A DNA stretch of 64,000 nucleotides from Dongiaceae bacterium (lineage in GTDB: Bacteria > Pseudomonadota > Alphaproteobacteria > SHNJ01), in NCBI GenBank assembly GCA_050182275.1, contig JBFXCK010000002.1, positions 2,285 through 66,284 of the forward strand, read 5' to 3'. The position numbers were made by a program, and so were the translations under genes. Positions 9,610-19,689 of the stretch are shown one piece after another (the stretch's first letter is position 1; the number at the start of each line of letters is the position of its first letter). The notes beneath the pieces were generated by a model. That model was not told the DNA's origin. It searched no databases and worked only from the letters and a program-made list of their open reading frames with translations.

Positions 9610-10980
9610 ATGAAAGTTTCTGAAACATCGAATAAAGGCTTACAACGCCAATATAAAGTCATTGTACCGGCGAACGACATCAGCAAGCGCATGGATGCGC
9701 GGCTTAAGGAAATTTCGGGCAATGTGAATATTCCGGGCTTCCGTGCCGGGCATGCACCGTTGGCGATGATCAAGCAGCGCTATGGCTCTTCCGTTTTGGG
9801 CGAAGTCATCGAAGGTGCGGTGCGCGATACGATGGAAAAAGCATTGGAAGAAAAGGGCATCCGTCCCGCGATGCAGCCGAAAGTGGAAATCGGCGCGTTC
9901 GGCGAAGATAAGGATTTGGAATATAGCCTGACCGTCGATCTAATTCCTGAAATCAAGCCAATGGATTTTTCCAAGCTGAAATTGGAAAGGTTGATGGCTT
10001 CGCTTAATACGGAAGAAGTTGAAAAAACTTTGGAAGAAATGGCCAAACGCAGCCGTAAGACCGAGGCGGTTAAAGCTTTGCGCAAAGCCAAAAAGGGCGA
10101 TGTGGCAGTATTGGATTTCACCGGCAAAATGGATGGTGAAGAAATTAAGGGCGGCTCGGCCAAGGATATGGCCTTGGAATTGGGCAGCGGCCAATTTATC
10201 CCTGGCTTTGAAGATCAAGTCATTGGCATGGAAGCGGGCGAAACCCGTGATATTACAGTTTCTTTTCCGGCCGAATATGCCGAGAAAACCTTGGCCGGAA
10301 AGCCGGCGATTTTCACCATCACGCTAAAAGAATTGCGCGAGTATGTCGATTCCAAAATTGACGAAGAATTCGCCAAATCTTTAAATTTCACTTCCGTCGA
10401 TGATTTACGCGCCGCGGTGCGTCAGGAATTGGAAAAAGATTTCAGCCGCCTTTCCCGCCAGCGCTTGAAACAAGATGTGCTGGAAGCCATGGCCGAGGAG
10501 CATGATTTTGATGTTCCGCCGGGTTTGCTTGAGGCCGAGCTGGAAAGTATGCGTCAGCAGCTAAAACAGGCCAAGGAACGCGGGCTTGAGCCGGAAGAGC
10601 ATAAGGGCAAAAAAGAGGCCGAAATCGATGAAGAGCTGAAAGAATTAGCCCTGCGCCGCGTGCGTTTGGGCCTGCTTTTGGCGGAAATTGGCCGGATTAA
10701 TAAGATCGATGTCAGTGAAGACGAGCTTCGCCGCGCCGTGATGGGTGAAATTCAGCGCTATCCGGGCCGCGAGCAAGAAGTGCTGCAGTTTTACCAATCC
10801 ACGCCGCGCGCTTTGATGAGTTTGCGGGCGCCCCTGTTAGAAGACAAAGTAATTGACTATATTATAGAGATGGCGGCCGTTACCGACCGCAGCGTTTCCC
10901 GCGATGAATTATTTGCCAAGCCTGATGAGGAAAAATCTGAAGGCAAAGCAAAGAAATCGAAATCCAAGGCCAAAAAATAA
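9610..10980 (+). CDS. tig: Trigger factor
   Basis: 456 aa with an FKBP-type PPIase core (GGSAKDMALELGSGQFIPGFEDQVIGM). It is positioned upstream of clpP-clpX. Confidence 0.95.
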   Translation: MKVSETSNKGLQRQYKVIVPANDISKRMDARLKEISGNVNIPGFRAGHAPLAMIKQRYGSSVLGEVIEGAVRDTMEKALEEKGIRPAMQPKVEIGAFGEDKDLEYSLTVDLIPEIKPMDFSKLKLERLMASLNTEEVEKTLEEMAKRSRKTEAVKALRKAKKGDVAVLDFTGKMDGEEIKGGSAKDMALELGSGQFIPGFEDQVIGMEAGETRDITVSFPAEYAEKTLAGKPAIFTITLKELREYVDSKIDEEFAKSLNFTSVDDLRAAVRQELEKDFSRLSRQRLKQDVLEAMAEEHDFDVPPGLLEAELESMRQQLKQAKERGLEPEEHKGKKEAEIDEELKELALRRVRLGLLLAEIGRINKIDVSEDELRRAVMGEIQRYPGREQEVLQFYQSTPRALMSLRAPLLEDKVIDYIIEMAAVTDRSVSRDELFAKPDEEKSEGKAKKSKSKAKK

Positions 10981-10992
10981 AGGAGTTTGACC

Positions 10993-11631
10993 ATGCCCAA
11001 AGATATGATGGATGCGACAATGAATTACATGGTGCCGATTGTCATTGAACAAACGGCGCGCGGCGAACGTTCCTTTGATATTTATTCGCGGCTGTTGAAA
11101 GAGCGTATTATTTTTCTAACCGGCGCTGTCAACGACACTATTTCGGCGCTGGTTTGCGCGCAGCTTTTATTTTTGGAATCGGAAAATCCGAATAAAGATA
11201 TTTTCTTTTATATCAATTCGCCGGGCGGTGTTGTGACTTCCGGTTTAGCGATGTATGACACGATGCAATATATCCGCTGCCAAGTTTCCACCATTTGTAT
11301 TGGCCAAGCGGCGTCGATGGGTTCGTTCTTGCTGATGGGCGGGCATAAGGGCAAACGTTTTGCTTTGCCCAATGCGCGCATTATGATTCACCAGCCCTCC
11401 GGCGGTATGCAAGGGCAGGCGACCGACATTGAAATTCATGCCAAGGAAATTTTAAGCCTGCGTGAGCGCTTAAATTTGATTTATGCCAAACACACCGGCC
11501 AGCCGATTGACGTTATCGCCCGCAACATGGAGCGCGATCGTTTCATGTCGCCGCAGGAAGCCAAGGAATTCGGTTTGATTGATCAGGTCATCGATCAACG
11601 GCCCGAAGGCAAGGAAACGAAGGCGGCTTAG
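10993..11631 (+). CDS. clpP: ATP-dependent Clp protease proteolytic subunit ClpP
   Basis: Catalytic Ser context [11 protein letters not shown] and His context IMIHQPSGG. The ATG at 10993 lies 7 nt after aggag, whereas the ORF-track start at 10987 is a TTG. Confidence 0.95.
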   Translation: MPKDMMDATMNYMVPIVIEQTARGERSFDIYSRLLKERIIFLTGAVNDTISALVCAQLLFLESENPNKDIFFYINSPGGVVTSGLAMYDTMQYIRCQVSTICIGQAASMGSFLLMGGHKGKRFALPNARIMIHQPSGGMQGQATDIEIHAKEILSLRERLNLIYAKHTGQPIDVIARNMERDRFMSPQEAKEFGLIDQVIDQRPEGKETKAA

Positions 11632-11914
11632 AGCGGCTTTAATTTCTGCCTCGGATAAAAGAGCGATTCCTTCTTTCCTGGGGCTTCAAAACCTACATAA
11701 ATTTCAATCTTTTAGTGTGAAATAAAATTATCACACTCGTAAAGTATAGGCGGTTTTTTCCACATTGATAATCGCCAGCAGAACTCTTATTTCATGCTAA
11801 GATATTAAGGAATTAGCGTCTTTTTAACCTTAAATCGCCAGCATGGTACTTAGGAAGGCGTTGTTTTTTCTGGCTTTCTTTTTAGCCCGTTCGGGGAGGT
11901 TCGTTTAAATATCC

Positions 11915-13183
11915 ATGAGCAGATCCGGCAGCGACAGCAAAAATACTCTCTACTGCTCCTTTTGCGGCAAAAGCCAGCATGAAGTGCGCAAACTTATCGC
12001 CGGCCCGACCGTGTTCATTTGCGATGAATGTGTCGAACTTTGCATGGATATTATCCGCGAAGAAACAAAAACTTCGCTGGTTAAATCGGGCGATGGCATT
12101 CCAACTCCCTTACATATTCGCGGCGTGCTGGATGATTATGTCATCGGCCAGGATTACGCTAAAAAAGTTTTATCGGTCGCGGTGCATAACCACTATAAGC
12201 GCCTAGCCCATGGTCAAAAGAATCCTGATCTTGAAATCAACAAATCGAATATCTTAATGCTAGGGCCGACCGGTTCGGGTAAGACGCTTTTAGCGCAAAC
12301 CATGGCGCGTATTTTGGACGTGCCCTTCACCATGGCCGACGCCACGACCTTAACCGAAGCCGGTTATGTTGGCGAAGATGTTGAAAACATTATTCTGCGT
12401 TTGTTGCAAGCCGCCGATTATAATGTCGAACGCGCACAGCGCGGTATTGTGTATATTGATGAAATCGATAAAATTTCGCGCAAAGGCGATAACCCCTCGA
12501 TCACCCGTGACGTATCGGGCGAGGGTGTGCAGCAGGCTTTGCTCAAATTAATGGAAGGCACGATCGCCTCTGTCCCGCCGCAAGGGGGCCGCAAACATCC
12601 GCAGCAAGAATTTTTGCAAGTTGACACCACGAATATTTTATTCATTTGCGGCGGCGCTTTCGCCGGCATCGACAAGATTGTGGCGCAACGCACCAAGGGC
12701 AGCGGCATTGGTTTTGGCGCGCAAGTGCGGGCGCCGGAAGACCGCCGCACCGGCCAGCTTTTGCGCGAATTGGAGCCAGAGGATTTGCTGAAATACGGTT
12801 TAATCCCCGAATTTATCGGCCGTCTGCCGGTTATCGCCACGCTGGATGATTTAGACATCGGCGCGCTGGTTGAAATTTTAAGCAAGCCGAAAAATGCTTT
12901 GGTAAAACAATATCAGCGTTTATTCGAAATGGAAAATACCAAGCTCGAATTTACCGAAGATGCCTTACAGGGCATCGCCCAAAAAGCGATTGCCCGGAAA
13001 ACCGGGGCGCGTGGCTTGCGCACCATTATGGAAAGCATCTTATTGAATACGATGTATGATTTGCCGGGCATGGACAATGTCGCGGAAGTCATTATTAATA
13101 AAGAAGTGGTAGAAGGAAAAGCCGCACCTATATATGTTTATAAGGACAAGGCGAAAAAGGAGCCTGCCCCCGCCGCCAGCTAG
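11915..13183 (+). CDS. clpX: ATP-dependent Clp protease ATP-binding subunit ClpX
   Basis: N-terminal zinc finger CSFCGK...CDEC, Walker A GPTGSGKT, and Walker [10 protein letters not shown]. Confidence 0.97.
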   Translation: MSRSGSDSKNTLYCSFCGKSQHEVRKLIAGPTVFICDECVELCMDIIREETKTSLVKSGDGIPTPLHIRGVLDDYVIGQDYAKKVLSVAVHNHYKRLAHGQKNPDLEINKSNILMLGPTGSGKTLLAQTMARILDVPFTMADATTLTEAGYVGEDVENIILRLLQAADYNVERAQRGIVYIDEIDKISRKGDNPSITRDVSGEGVQQALLKLMEGTIASVPPQGGRKHPQQEFLQVDTTNILFICGGAFAGIDKIVAQRTKGSGIGFGAQVRAPEDRRTGQLLRELEPEDLLKYGLIPEFIGRLPVIATLDDLDIGALVEILSKPKNALVKQYQRLFEMENTKLEFTEDALQGIAQKAIARKTGARGLRTIMESILLNTMYDLPGMDNVAEVIINKEVVEGKAAPIYVYKDKAKKEPAPAAS

Positions 13184-13239
13184 GCGGCTAAGCTTGAAAA
13201 GGCGCCCACGATAAACCCATCAGGGTAAAAGGAGTTTCA

Positions 13240-15678
13240 ATGCCCGAGCCGTCTAAAACGACTTTATTTCCCGTTCTGCCATTGCGCGATATTGTGGTGT
13301 TCCCGCATATCTCAGTGGTGCTGTTCGTCGGGCGGGAAAAGTCGATTAACGCGATCGAAGACGTGCTGCAAGACGACCGCCGGATTTTTTTGGCGACCCA
13401 AGTGAATGCCGCGCAAGACGATCCCGAAAATAAAGATTTATATAAAGTCGGCACGATCGCCGAAATCGTCAAGGACACCGAAAGCGGCCGTCCCAATATT
13501 GCGCGCCTGCCCGATGGCACGGTAAAAGTGATGGTGCGCGGCTTGCAACGCGGCCGCATCGCCGATTTTGTCGAACATGCCCAGTTCTTCCAAGCCTATG
13601 TCGAACCGCAGCCCGAGGAGGAAAATTCGGATGCCGAGGTAACCGCCATGGTGCGCGCGCTTATCGGCCAGTTCGACCAGTATTTAAAACTCAATAAAAA
13701 ATTCACCCATCCGGGCGAAATCCTTTCGGCCCTGGCTGAAATGAACGATCCCAGCATGATTGTCGATACCATTGCCTCGCATTTGGTGTTGAAAATCGCT
13801 GAAAAGCAATCGCTGTTAGAAACCCACGGCTTGATCGCGCGGATTGAAAAAATCTTCGGCTTCATGGAAGGCGAAATCGGCGTATTGCAGGTTGAAAAGA
13901 AAATCCGCAACCGCGTCAAGCGGCAAATGGAAAAGACCCAGCGCGAATATTACTTGAACGAGCAATTAAAGGCGATTCAAAAAGAATTGGGCGAAGGCGA
14001 AGATGGCCGCGATGAATTGTCGGAACTTGAAGCCCGCATCAAAAAAACGCGCCTTTCGAAAGAAGCCCGCGAAAAAGCCACATCCGAATTAAAGAAGCTG
14101 AAATCGATGAGCCCGATGTCGGCCGAAGCCACCGTGGTGCGCAATTATTTGGATTGGATTCTGTCGATCCCCTGGCGCAAAACCACGCGCATTAAAACCG
14201 ATATTGTCGAAGCCGGCAAGGTATTAGACCGCGATCACTTTGGCTTAGAAAAAGTCAAAGAGCGGATTTTGGAACATTTGGCGGTGCAAGTGCGCACCAA
14301 GAAAATGCGCGGGCCTATTTTATGCCTGGTTGGCCCGCCCGGCGTTGGTAAAACCTCGCTTGGCAAATCTTTGGCCGAGGCGACAGGGCGCAATTTCGTG
14401 CGTGTGTCGCTCGGCGGCGTGCGTGATGAGGCGGAAATCCGCGGCCACCGGCGCACCTATATCGGCTCGATGCCGGGCAAATTAATTCAGGCGATGAAAA
14501 AGGCAAAATCATCGAATCCATTATTTATGCTGGATGAAATCGACAAAATGGCCTCCGACTGGCGGGGCGATCCGGCAGCGGCCTTGCTAGAGGTGTTGGA
14601 TCCTGAGCAAAACAGCAATTTTAACGACCATTATCTCGAAGTCGATTATGATTTATCGGATGTGATGTTCATTACCACGGCCAATACCTTGCGCATGCCC
14701 CAGCCTTTGCTGGACCGGATGGAAATCATCCGCCTGGCCGGTTATACCGAAGAAGAAAAACTGGAAATCGCCAAACGGCACTTGCTGCCTAAAGTGGTGA
14801 AAGCGCATGGCGTTAAAAATGAGGAATTCAAAGTCAGCGATGCCGCGATTATCGATGTGATCCGCTATTACACGCGGGAGGCGGGCGTCCGTAATTTGGA
14901 GCGCGAATTGGCGACACTCGCACGCAAAGCGATTAAAGAAATCTCGGTGCGCAAAATCGACCGTGTTTCGGTTACGCCGAAGAGCTTGGAAAAATTCCTT
15001 GGCGTGCGCAAATTCCGCTATGGCGAGGCCGAGCTGGAAGATGCGGTTGGCGTTACCACCGGCTTGGCCTGGACCGAAGTTGGCGGCGAATTATTATCAA
15101 TCGAAGCCGTGATGGTGCCGGGCAAGGGCAAGATGCAAATCACCGGCAAATTGGGCGATGTGATGCAGGAATCGGTGCAGGCGGCGGCGTCTTTCGTGCG
15201 CTCGCGGGCTACCAAATTCGGCATCAAGCCGCCTTTATTTGAAAAGCGCGATATCCATATCCACGTGCCTGAAGGCGCAACGCCAAAAGACGGCCCCTCG
15301 GCCGGCGTGGCGATGGTGACTTCCATCGTTTCGGTCTTAACCGGCATTCCGGTGCGTAAAGACGTGGCGATGACGGGTGAAATTACTTTGCGCGGCCGCG
15401 TCTTGGCCATTGGCGGCTTGAAGGAAAAATTGCTGGCGGCATTGCGCGGCGGTATTAAAACCGTTCTCATTCCGCAAGAGAATGAAAAAGATTTGGCCGA
15501 AATTCCCGATAATGTGAAAAAAGAATTGAAAATTATTCCGGTTTCCACGGCTGATGAAGTTCTTCAGCATGCCTTGGTTAGCCAGCCGATCGCCATTGAA
15601 TGGACCGAGCCGCCGATTGAATCGGTACCGGCCAAAGATAAAGGCGATGAAGATTCCTCCGGCCTGACCACGCATTAA
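13240..15678 (+). CDS. lon: Lon protease
   Basis: 812 aa with an LonN domain, AAA+ motif GPPGVGKTS and the proteolytic Ser motif PKDGPSAG. Confidence 0.97.
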   Translation: MPEPSKTTLFPVLPLRDIVVFPHISVVLFVGREKSINAIEDVLQDDRRIFLATQVNAAQDDPENKDLYKVGTIAEIVKDTESGRPNIARLPDGTVKVMVRGLQRGRIADFVEHAQFFQAYVEPQPEEENSDAEVTAMVRALIGQFDQYLKLNKKFTHPGEILSALAEMNDPSMIVDTIASHLVLKIAEKQSLLETHGLIARIEKIFGFMEGEIGVLQVEKKIRNRVKRQMEKTQREYYLNEQLKAIQKELGEGEDGRDELSELEARIKKTRLSKEAREKATSELKKLKSMSPMSAEATVVRNYLDWILSIPWRKTTRIKTDIVEAGKVLDRDHFGLEKVKERILEHLAVQVRTKKMRGPILCLVGPPGVGKTSLGKSLAEATGRNFVRVSLGGVRDEAEIRGHRRTYIGSMPGKLIQAMKKAKSSNPLFMLDEIDKMASDWRGDPAAALLEVLDPEQNSNFNDHYLEVDYDLSDVMFITTANTLRMPQPLLDRMEIIRLAGYTEEEKLEIAKRHLLPKVVKAHGVKNEEFKVSDAAIIDVIRYYTREAGVRNLERELATLARKAIKEISVRKIDRVSVTPKSLEKFLGVRKFRYGEAELEDAVGVTTGLAWTEVGGELLSIEAVMVPGKGKMQITGKLGDVMQESVQAAASFVRSRATKFGIKPPLFEKRDIHIHVPEGATPKDGPSAGVAMVTSIVSVLTGIPVRKDVAMTGEITLRGRVLAIGGLKEKLLAALRGGIKTVLIPQENEKDLAEIPDNVKKELKIIPVSTADEVLQHALVSQPIAIEWTEPPIESVPAKDKGDEDSSGLTTH

Positions 15679-15784
15679 TCATTTTCGACCTGGATAGATG
15701 GCTTTTGAAGGGCTAAAAACCCTCCAAAACCAATGGCTTGCCAAAGTTATCCCCAAAAAAGCATAGGAAAACCTAGTCCGATTG

Positions 15785-15812
15785 TTGACGGCGGTAAAAA
15801 GAGCCTTAGAAT
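15785..15812 (+). promoter_or_regulatory. Candidate sigma-70 promoter of hupB
   Basis: TTGACG, a 16-nt spacer, then TAGAAT, about 85 nt upstream of the hupB ATG. Confidence 0.45.
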
Positions 15813-15896
15813 CCGCCGTATTCCTGTACCCTGATTTAATATGTAAATCAGGCGTGTTCAGGTAACCCTGTGTTCTACCCCAAAGGAGGGGATATC

Positions 15897-16169
15897 ATGA
15901 GCAAAAGTTCTTTGATCGAAGCAGTAGCAAAAGAAACCAGCCTCTCAAAGGCCCAAATCAGTGAAGTGTTGGAAGCTTTCGCCACCACCATCACCAAGTT
16001 CTTGAAGAAGGGCGAAGAAGTAAACTTCCCCCCGATCTGCAAGATCATCGTCGCCAAGCGCCCGGCTTCCGTAGGCCGTAACCCGCGCACCGGCGAAACC
16101 ATCCAAATCAAAGCCCGCAAGCAGCCCAAGTTCAAAGCTGCCAAAGCTTTGAAGGATGCCTTGAACTAA
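15897..16169 (+). CDS. hupB: DNA-binding protein HU
   Basis: 90 aa with the HU/IHF signature (GRNPRTGETIQIKARKQPKFKAAKALKDAL). The ATG at 15897 is preceded by aaggagg. The lon-hupB-tRNA-Val synteny supports the call. Confidence 0.9.
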   Translation: MSKSSLIEAVAKETSLSKAQISEVLEAFATTITKFLKKGEEVNFPPICKIIVAKRPASVGRNPRTGETIQIKARKQPKFKAAKALKDALN

Positions 16170-16189
16170 TTCAAGTTTGCCTTCCAAAA

Positions 16190-16227
16190 AGCCGGAAAGC
16201 CAAAAGGCCTTCCGGCTTTTTTATTTT
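16190..16227 (+). terminator. Rho-independent terminator of hupB
   Basis: agccggaaagcc-aaaa-ggccttccggct stem-loop followed by ttttttatttt. Confidence 0.8.
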
Positions 16228-16229
16228 GT

Positions 16230-16258
16230 TTGGCACAGGCTCCGCGATTTGCTATGGA
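16230..16258 (+). promoter_or_regulatory. Candidate sigma-70 promoter of tRNA-Val
   Basis: TTGGCA, a 17-nt spacer, then TATGGA, ending about 10 nt before the tRNA 5' end. Confidence 0.3.
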
Positions 16259-16268
16259 AATAGGAATA

Positions 16269-16343
16269 GGGTGCTTAGCTCAGCGGTAGAGCATCTCGTT
16301 TACACCGAGAGGGTCGGGGGTTCGATCCCCTCAGCACCCACCA
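16269..16343 (+). tRNA. tRNA-Val (anticodon TAC)
   Basis: Acceptor gggtgct/agcaccc, D-arm agctcagcggtagagc, anticodon loop tt-TAC-ac, T-loop ggttcgatccc, and an encoded CCA. Confidence 0.9.
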
Positions 16344-16430
16344 GCGCTCCGGACCAAGGGTTCCGCCCATGGCCCAGCATGCCGGGCGATGTTAATCTCC
16401 CGGATCTCAAAGTAATGGAGAAACACCCCC

Positions 16431-16841
16431 ATGTTTGATGACCAAGCACAACCGCAGACCCAAGCTCAGCTTATCAAGCGTTTCATGGAGACAAATGTGA
16501 GGCAGATGACCGAGAGGCATCCGCAGGATATTACGGGAATCGCCCTGGCTTGGCGAGAAGGTGAACTGAAGCTAATCGTTCAGGCGGCGGATTCGACCGC
16601 GATCAGCCGCTTGCGGAACGAGTTGCCGGATTACGAGGGAGGATATCAAATCAAGATCCAAGTTAACACCTTTGCGTACCCGGCACCCGGATCGCCAGCC
16701 ATGTCCGTTCCGCTGCGCTCAGCTGCAACGGTTCGATGGGAGCAACGTTTTCCGTGGGTTCGATCATTGAAGCACTTTTTCTTGAGGGAGGGAAAACATC
16801 CGCCCATAAGACCTTGGCCGCGAGAGCGGTGCAGCCGTTAA
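16431..16841 (+). CDS. Hypothetical protein
   Basis: 136-aa ORF with no recognisable motif. The first ~85 aa look protein-like, but the tail is Arg/Pro/Trp-rich and may be read-through or a frameshift artefact. Confidence 0.3.
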   Translation: MFDDQAQPQTQAQLIKRFMETNVRQMTERHPQDITGIALAWREGELKLIVQAADSTAISRLRNELPDYEGGYQIKIQVNTFAYPAPGSPAMSVPLRSAATVRWEQRFPWVRSLKHFFLREGKHPPIRPWPRERCSR

Positions 16842-16856
16842 TCTCGGCCTGTCCCG

Positions 16857-16958
16857 CCCTACGTCTTCGGCTTCGGGTGGCTTACGCCAGTAAGACACGC
16901 GAAGACGATCTTAGGTGTAGGAGTGTCGTTCGAAGCAAAGCGAAGGCGGAATGGTTGC
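16857..16958. repeat. Intergenic hairpin repeat family 1, copy B
   Basis: ccctacgtcttcggcttcgggtggc ... cgcgaagacgatcttaggtgtaggagtgtcgttcgaagc aligns with copy A at 9402..9512. Confidence 0.7.
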
Positions 16959-16961
16959 AAT

Positions 16962-17492
16962 TTATCTGCCATCATGATTTCTTCCTCCGCGTCCAATTAC
17001 ATGGCCATGATCGCCGGTTTTGATGGTGGAGGGGTTAACAAGCAAGCCGCGTAAAACTTCGGTCATTTCAAAATCATGGCAAGTTAAAACTCTGGCGATT
17101 CCATAATTGCGGCTTGAAACAAGAATTTTAGCTTCGGGAAATTTGTCGCGAACAATTCTGGCGGCATCGACATAGGCATCATGTTCTTTCCAAAGAGGCG
17201 AGGCAACATTAATCTCCCTTCCAAAGAATCCGGTCAAATGTTTGGTAAACTCAGGCAAAGAGACGCCGCTTTCCTTTGCTGCGCAGGTATCCCAAAATCC
17301 TATCCGGCAGTTGCCGTCGATGACAATAATATCGAAAGCTTCACTGGCGGCTAATAAGGGAAAAGCGTCGATAAGCCATTTGGCTTGGCTTAAGTGAAAA
17401 TCCATCCCTAAACAGCCGCGCAATTCATCAATGGAGGGTGTGTCGCCGATATATAAAACTCTTTTGGGTTTGGCGGGGACGGCGGGGGTCAT
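16962..17492 (-). CDS. Hypothetical receiver-like (CheY-fold-like) protein, atypical
   Basis: 176 aa. A beta1-like segment (RVLYIGD) and DIIVIDGNCRIG resemble a receiver domain with an insertion. It is a paralogue of 18894..19499. Confidence 0.45.
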   Translation of the reverse strand: MTPAVPAKPKRVLYIGDTPSIDELRGCLGMDFHLSQAKWLIDAFPLLAASEAFDIIVIDGNCRIGFWDTCAAKESGVSLPEFTKHLTGFFGREINVASPLWKEHDAYVDAARIVRDKFPEAKILVSSRNYGIARVLTCHDFEMTEVLRGLLVNPSTIKTGDHGHVIGRGGRNHDGR

Positions 17493-17591
17493 TGGGGCAT
17501 CCTCCTGATTTATTATGTTATATCTTATTAGGAAATATTTTTGTGTTTGTCAATCTTGCCTTTTGTCAAAGGTTATGCGCTAAGATAGGAA

Positions 17592-18890
17592 ATGGCCGCC
17601 AATCTCTTTGCCGCTAAATTAACCCCTGCCGCTCCTTTGCCCGAGCGCCTGCGCCCGCAAAGCTTGGGCGAGGTGGTGGGGCAGGATCATATTTTGGGGC
17701 CATCTGGCACGCTTACCAAGCTTTTAAAGCAGGGGCATTTGCCTTCACTCATTTTCTGGGGGCCGCCCGGCTGCGGGAAGACCACTTTGGCGCGGCTTTT
17801 GGCGAAAGAGGCTAAGCTGCATTTTGAAAATGTCTCGGCCGTGTTCACCGGCGTTGCCGAGTTAAAAAAGATTTTCGAGGCGGCGCGCAGCAGGCGGCAA
17901 GATGGGATTGGCACGCTTTTGTTCGTCGATGAAATTCACCGTTTCAACCGCAGCCAGCAAGATAGTTTTTTGCCCTATGTTGAGGATGGAACAATTACAT
18001 TGCTGGGCGCCACCACCGAAAATCCGTCTTTCGAATTAAACGCCGCGCTTCTATCACGTGCGCAAGTGCTGATTTTACATCGTTTGGATGCCAAGGCGCT
18101 GGAAGAATTGTTAAGCCGCGCGGAGGATTTATTAGGCCGCAAGCTTCCTATCGCCAATGAAGCGCGGGAACAAGTAATCGCCATGGCCGATGGCGATGGG
18201 CGCTATTTATTGAATATGGCCGAGCAATTATTCACGCTGCCGCCTTCGGAAACATTGGGGATGGCGGAATTGCAGAATTTCCTGCAACGCCGCGCGCCGA
18301 TTTACGATAAAGATAGGGAAGAGCATTACAATTTAATCAGCGCCCTGCATAAATCCTTGCGTGGCTCTGATGTGGACGCCGCGCTTTATTGGATGGCGCG
18401 CATGGTAATTGGCGGCGAGGATATTCATTATATTTTGCGGCGTCTTACCCGTTTCGCCAGCGAGGATATCGGCATGGCCGATCCGAACGCCTTGCTGCAG
18501 GCGGTTGCGGCTTGGGAAACTTTCGATCGTTTGGGCCAGCCGGAAGGAGAGTTGGCGCTGGCGCAGTTAGTGATTTATCTGGCCACGGCGCCGAAATCGA
18601 ACGCCGCCTATACCGCGCAAAAATCGGCCTATGCGGCGGCTAAAAAGACCGGATCATTGATGCCGCCCAAGCATATTTTAAACGCGCCCACTAAATTAAT
18701 GCGGGATGTAGGGTATGGTGAAGGCTATGCCTATGACCACGACACGGAAGAAGGTTTTTCCGGCCAAAATTATTTTCCCGATGGCTTAAAACGCCAGCAA
18801 TTTTATCAGCCAGTTGAGCGCGGCTTCGAGCGGGAGATACAAAAAAGGCTGGAATATTGGAATAATTTGCGGAAAAAGAACGCGGGCTAA
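17592..18890 (+). CDS. rarA: Replication-associated recombination protein A (RarA/MgsA)
   Basis: 432 aa with AAA+ Walker A GPPGCGKTT, Walker B LFVDEIHRFN and the C-terminal MgsA domain (HYNLISALHKSLRGSDVDAALYW). Confidence 0.92.
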   Translation: MAANLFAAKLTPAAPLPERLRPQSLGEVVGQDHILGPSGTLTKLLKQGHLPSLIFWGPPGCGKTTLARLLAKEAKLHFENVSAVFTGVAELKKIFEAARSRRQDGIGTLLFVDEIHRFNRSQQDSFLPYVEDGTITLLGATTENPSFELNAALLSRAQVLILHRLDAKALEELLSRAEDLLGRKLPIANEAREQVIAMADGDGRYLLNMAEQLFTLPPSETLGMAELQNFLQRRAPIYDKDREEHYNLISALHKSLRGSDVDAALYWMARMVIGGEDIHYILRRLTRFASEDIGMADPNALLQAVAAWETFDRLGQPEGELALAQLVIYLATAPKSNAAYTAQKSAYAAAKKTGSLMPPKHILNAPTKLMRDVGYGEGYAYDHDTEEGFSGQNYFPDGLKRQQFYQPVERGFEREIQKRLEYWNNLRKKNAG

Positions 18891-18893
18891 TTA

Positions 18894-19499
18894 TTAGCGC
18901 CCGCCACGTTCGCGTTTCTTTTGCCGCTGCGCTGCTTTAATTTCGGGCATAAAGGGCAGCAAGGCTTCGGCCAGGTCTTCTTGTACACGAAAAGTGTTGA
19001 TGATTTCGGGATGGCCCAGGAAAGCCGGAATGTCGCCGCGCAATTCCTCCGGGGCGGTTGAAATAAAAACCAGCCCCATATGCTTGAATTTTTTCGAGCG
19101 GTGCAAGGCCTCGGCCAGGCGGATGCCGTTTAACATGCTATCCCGCGTCCATTGCGGTTTGGTAAGGTCAAGCTCGATGCCGGTTGAATCGAAAAATTGA
19201 CGGCTTAGGCGCGCTTTGGCTTCTTTGGGTTTTTCATTCGGATGCGCGGGCGCTATTTTTCCGATTCTAACGCCGCTATCCATGACCACCGCATCGAAAG
19301 GGGTGCGCATAAGAGCGATCAAGGCTTCGGCGATGGAGTGAGCGCGGATATGGCCATGAATCCCCGCCGCCACCAGCTTTTCGCGGAATTCTTGATCGGG
19401 TTCGGTGTCTTCCACCACCAATATTTTCATTTTGGTGGGGGGAAGTTTTTTTGAATCTTCAGGGCCGGGTGCTTGTTCCATAATTAATAAAGAATACAA
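18894..19499 (-). CDS. Atypical receiver-domain protein
   Basis: KILVVEDTE ... DAVVMDSGVRIG ... LVFISTAP is a receiver-like order of motifs interrupted by a ~40-aa insertion. The start is uncertain (TTG at 19499, ATG at 19481 or 19430). Confidence 0.55.
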   Translation of the reverse strand: MYSLLIMEQAPGPEDSKKLPPTKMKILVVEDTEPDQEFREKLVAAGIHGHIRAHSIAEALIALMRTPFDAVVMDSGVRIGKIAPAHPNEKPKEAKARLSRQFFDSTGIELDLTKPQWTRDSMLNGIRLAEALHRSKKFKHMGLVFISTAPEELRGDIPAFLGHPEIINTFRVQEDLAEALLPFMPEIKAAQRQKKRERGGR

Positions 19500-19598
19500 T
19501 AAATCTTTTAAAGATACAACATATTTGTAAGGCTAGGAGTGGCTTAAAATCCCCCTAGCATCTTGGGCCGGGATTTGCTAATCATCCCTTTCCTTTAA

Positions 19599-19675
19599 GG
19601 GGGCGTAGTTCAGTTGGTTAGAACGTCTGCCTGTCACGCAGAAGGTCGCGGGTTCGAGTCCCGTCGCTCCCGCCA
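19599..19675 (+). tRNA. tRNA-Asp (anticodon GTC)
   Basis: Acceptor gggggcg/cgctccc (one G-U), D-arm gttcagttggttagaac, anticodon loop ct-GTC-ac, T-loop ggttcgagtcc, and an encoded CCA. Confidence 0.9.
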
Positions 19676-19689
19676 TTAGAATTTCTTAT

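Noticed and set aside
11714-11737. The inverted repeat agtgtga-N10-tcacact in the clpP-clpX gap, considered as a possible CIRCE-like operator.
   Set aside because: The sequence does not match CIRCE (TTAGCACTC-N9-GAGTGCTAA). It is only 7 bp, lies in AT-rich DNA, and has no second copy in the window. It is too weak to call.
12418-12885. Long antisense or out-of-frame ORFs inside well-supported genes, for example 12418..12885, 15018..15548, 25914..26453, 44068..44577, 48279..48776, 34790..35275 and 3388..3888.
   Set aside because: These are shadow ORFs opposite or overlapping strongly conserved genes (clpX, lon, nuoG, flhA, fliG, rplM, giant paralogue 1). Their compositions are Arg/Ala/Pro/Ser-rich and they have no independent signals.
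13193-13222. A sigma-32-like promoter upstream of lon: CTTGAAA, then 16 nt, then CCCATCA.
   Set aside because: The spacing is longer than the E. coli consensus. The implied TSS would fall inside or at the SD (aaaggag, 13228-13234), leaving essentially no leader. lon is only 56 nt from clpX and may simply be co-transcribed. This cannot be decided from sequence alone.
16231-16245. A sigma-54-like element TGGCAC-N..-GC with correct GG-N10-GC spacing just upstream of tRNA-Val.
   Set aside because: The -12 region is ccGCg, not TTGC. A sigma-54-driven tRNA would be odd. The same bases fit a sigma-70 promoter better (TTGGCA-17-TATGGA) at the right distance from the tRNA 5' end.
16344-17492. A possible genomic islet integrated at tRNA-Val, consisting of hypothetical genes directly 3' of the tRNA.
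   Set aside because: I found no direct repeat of the tRNA 3' end downstream, no integrase or mobility gene, and no marked composition shift. The hypothetical genes are reported as such only.
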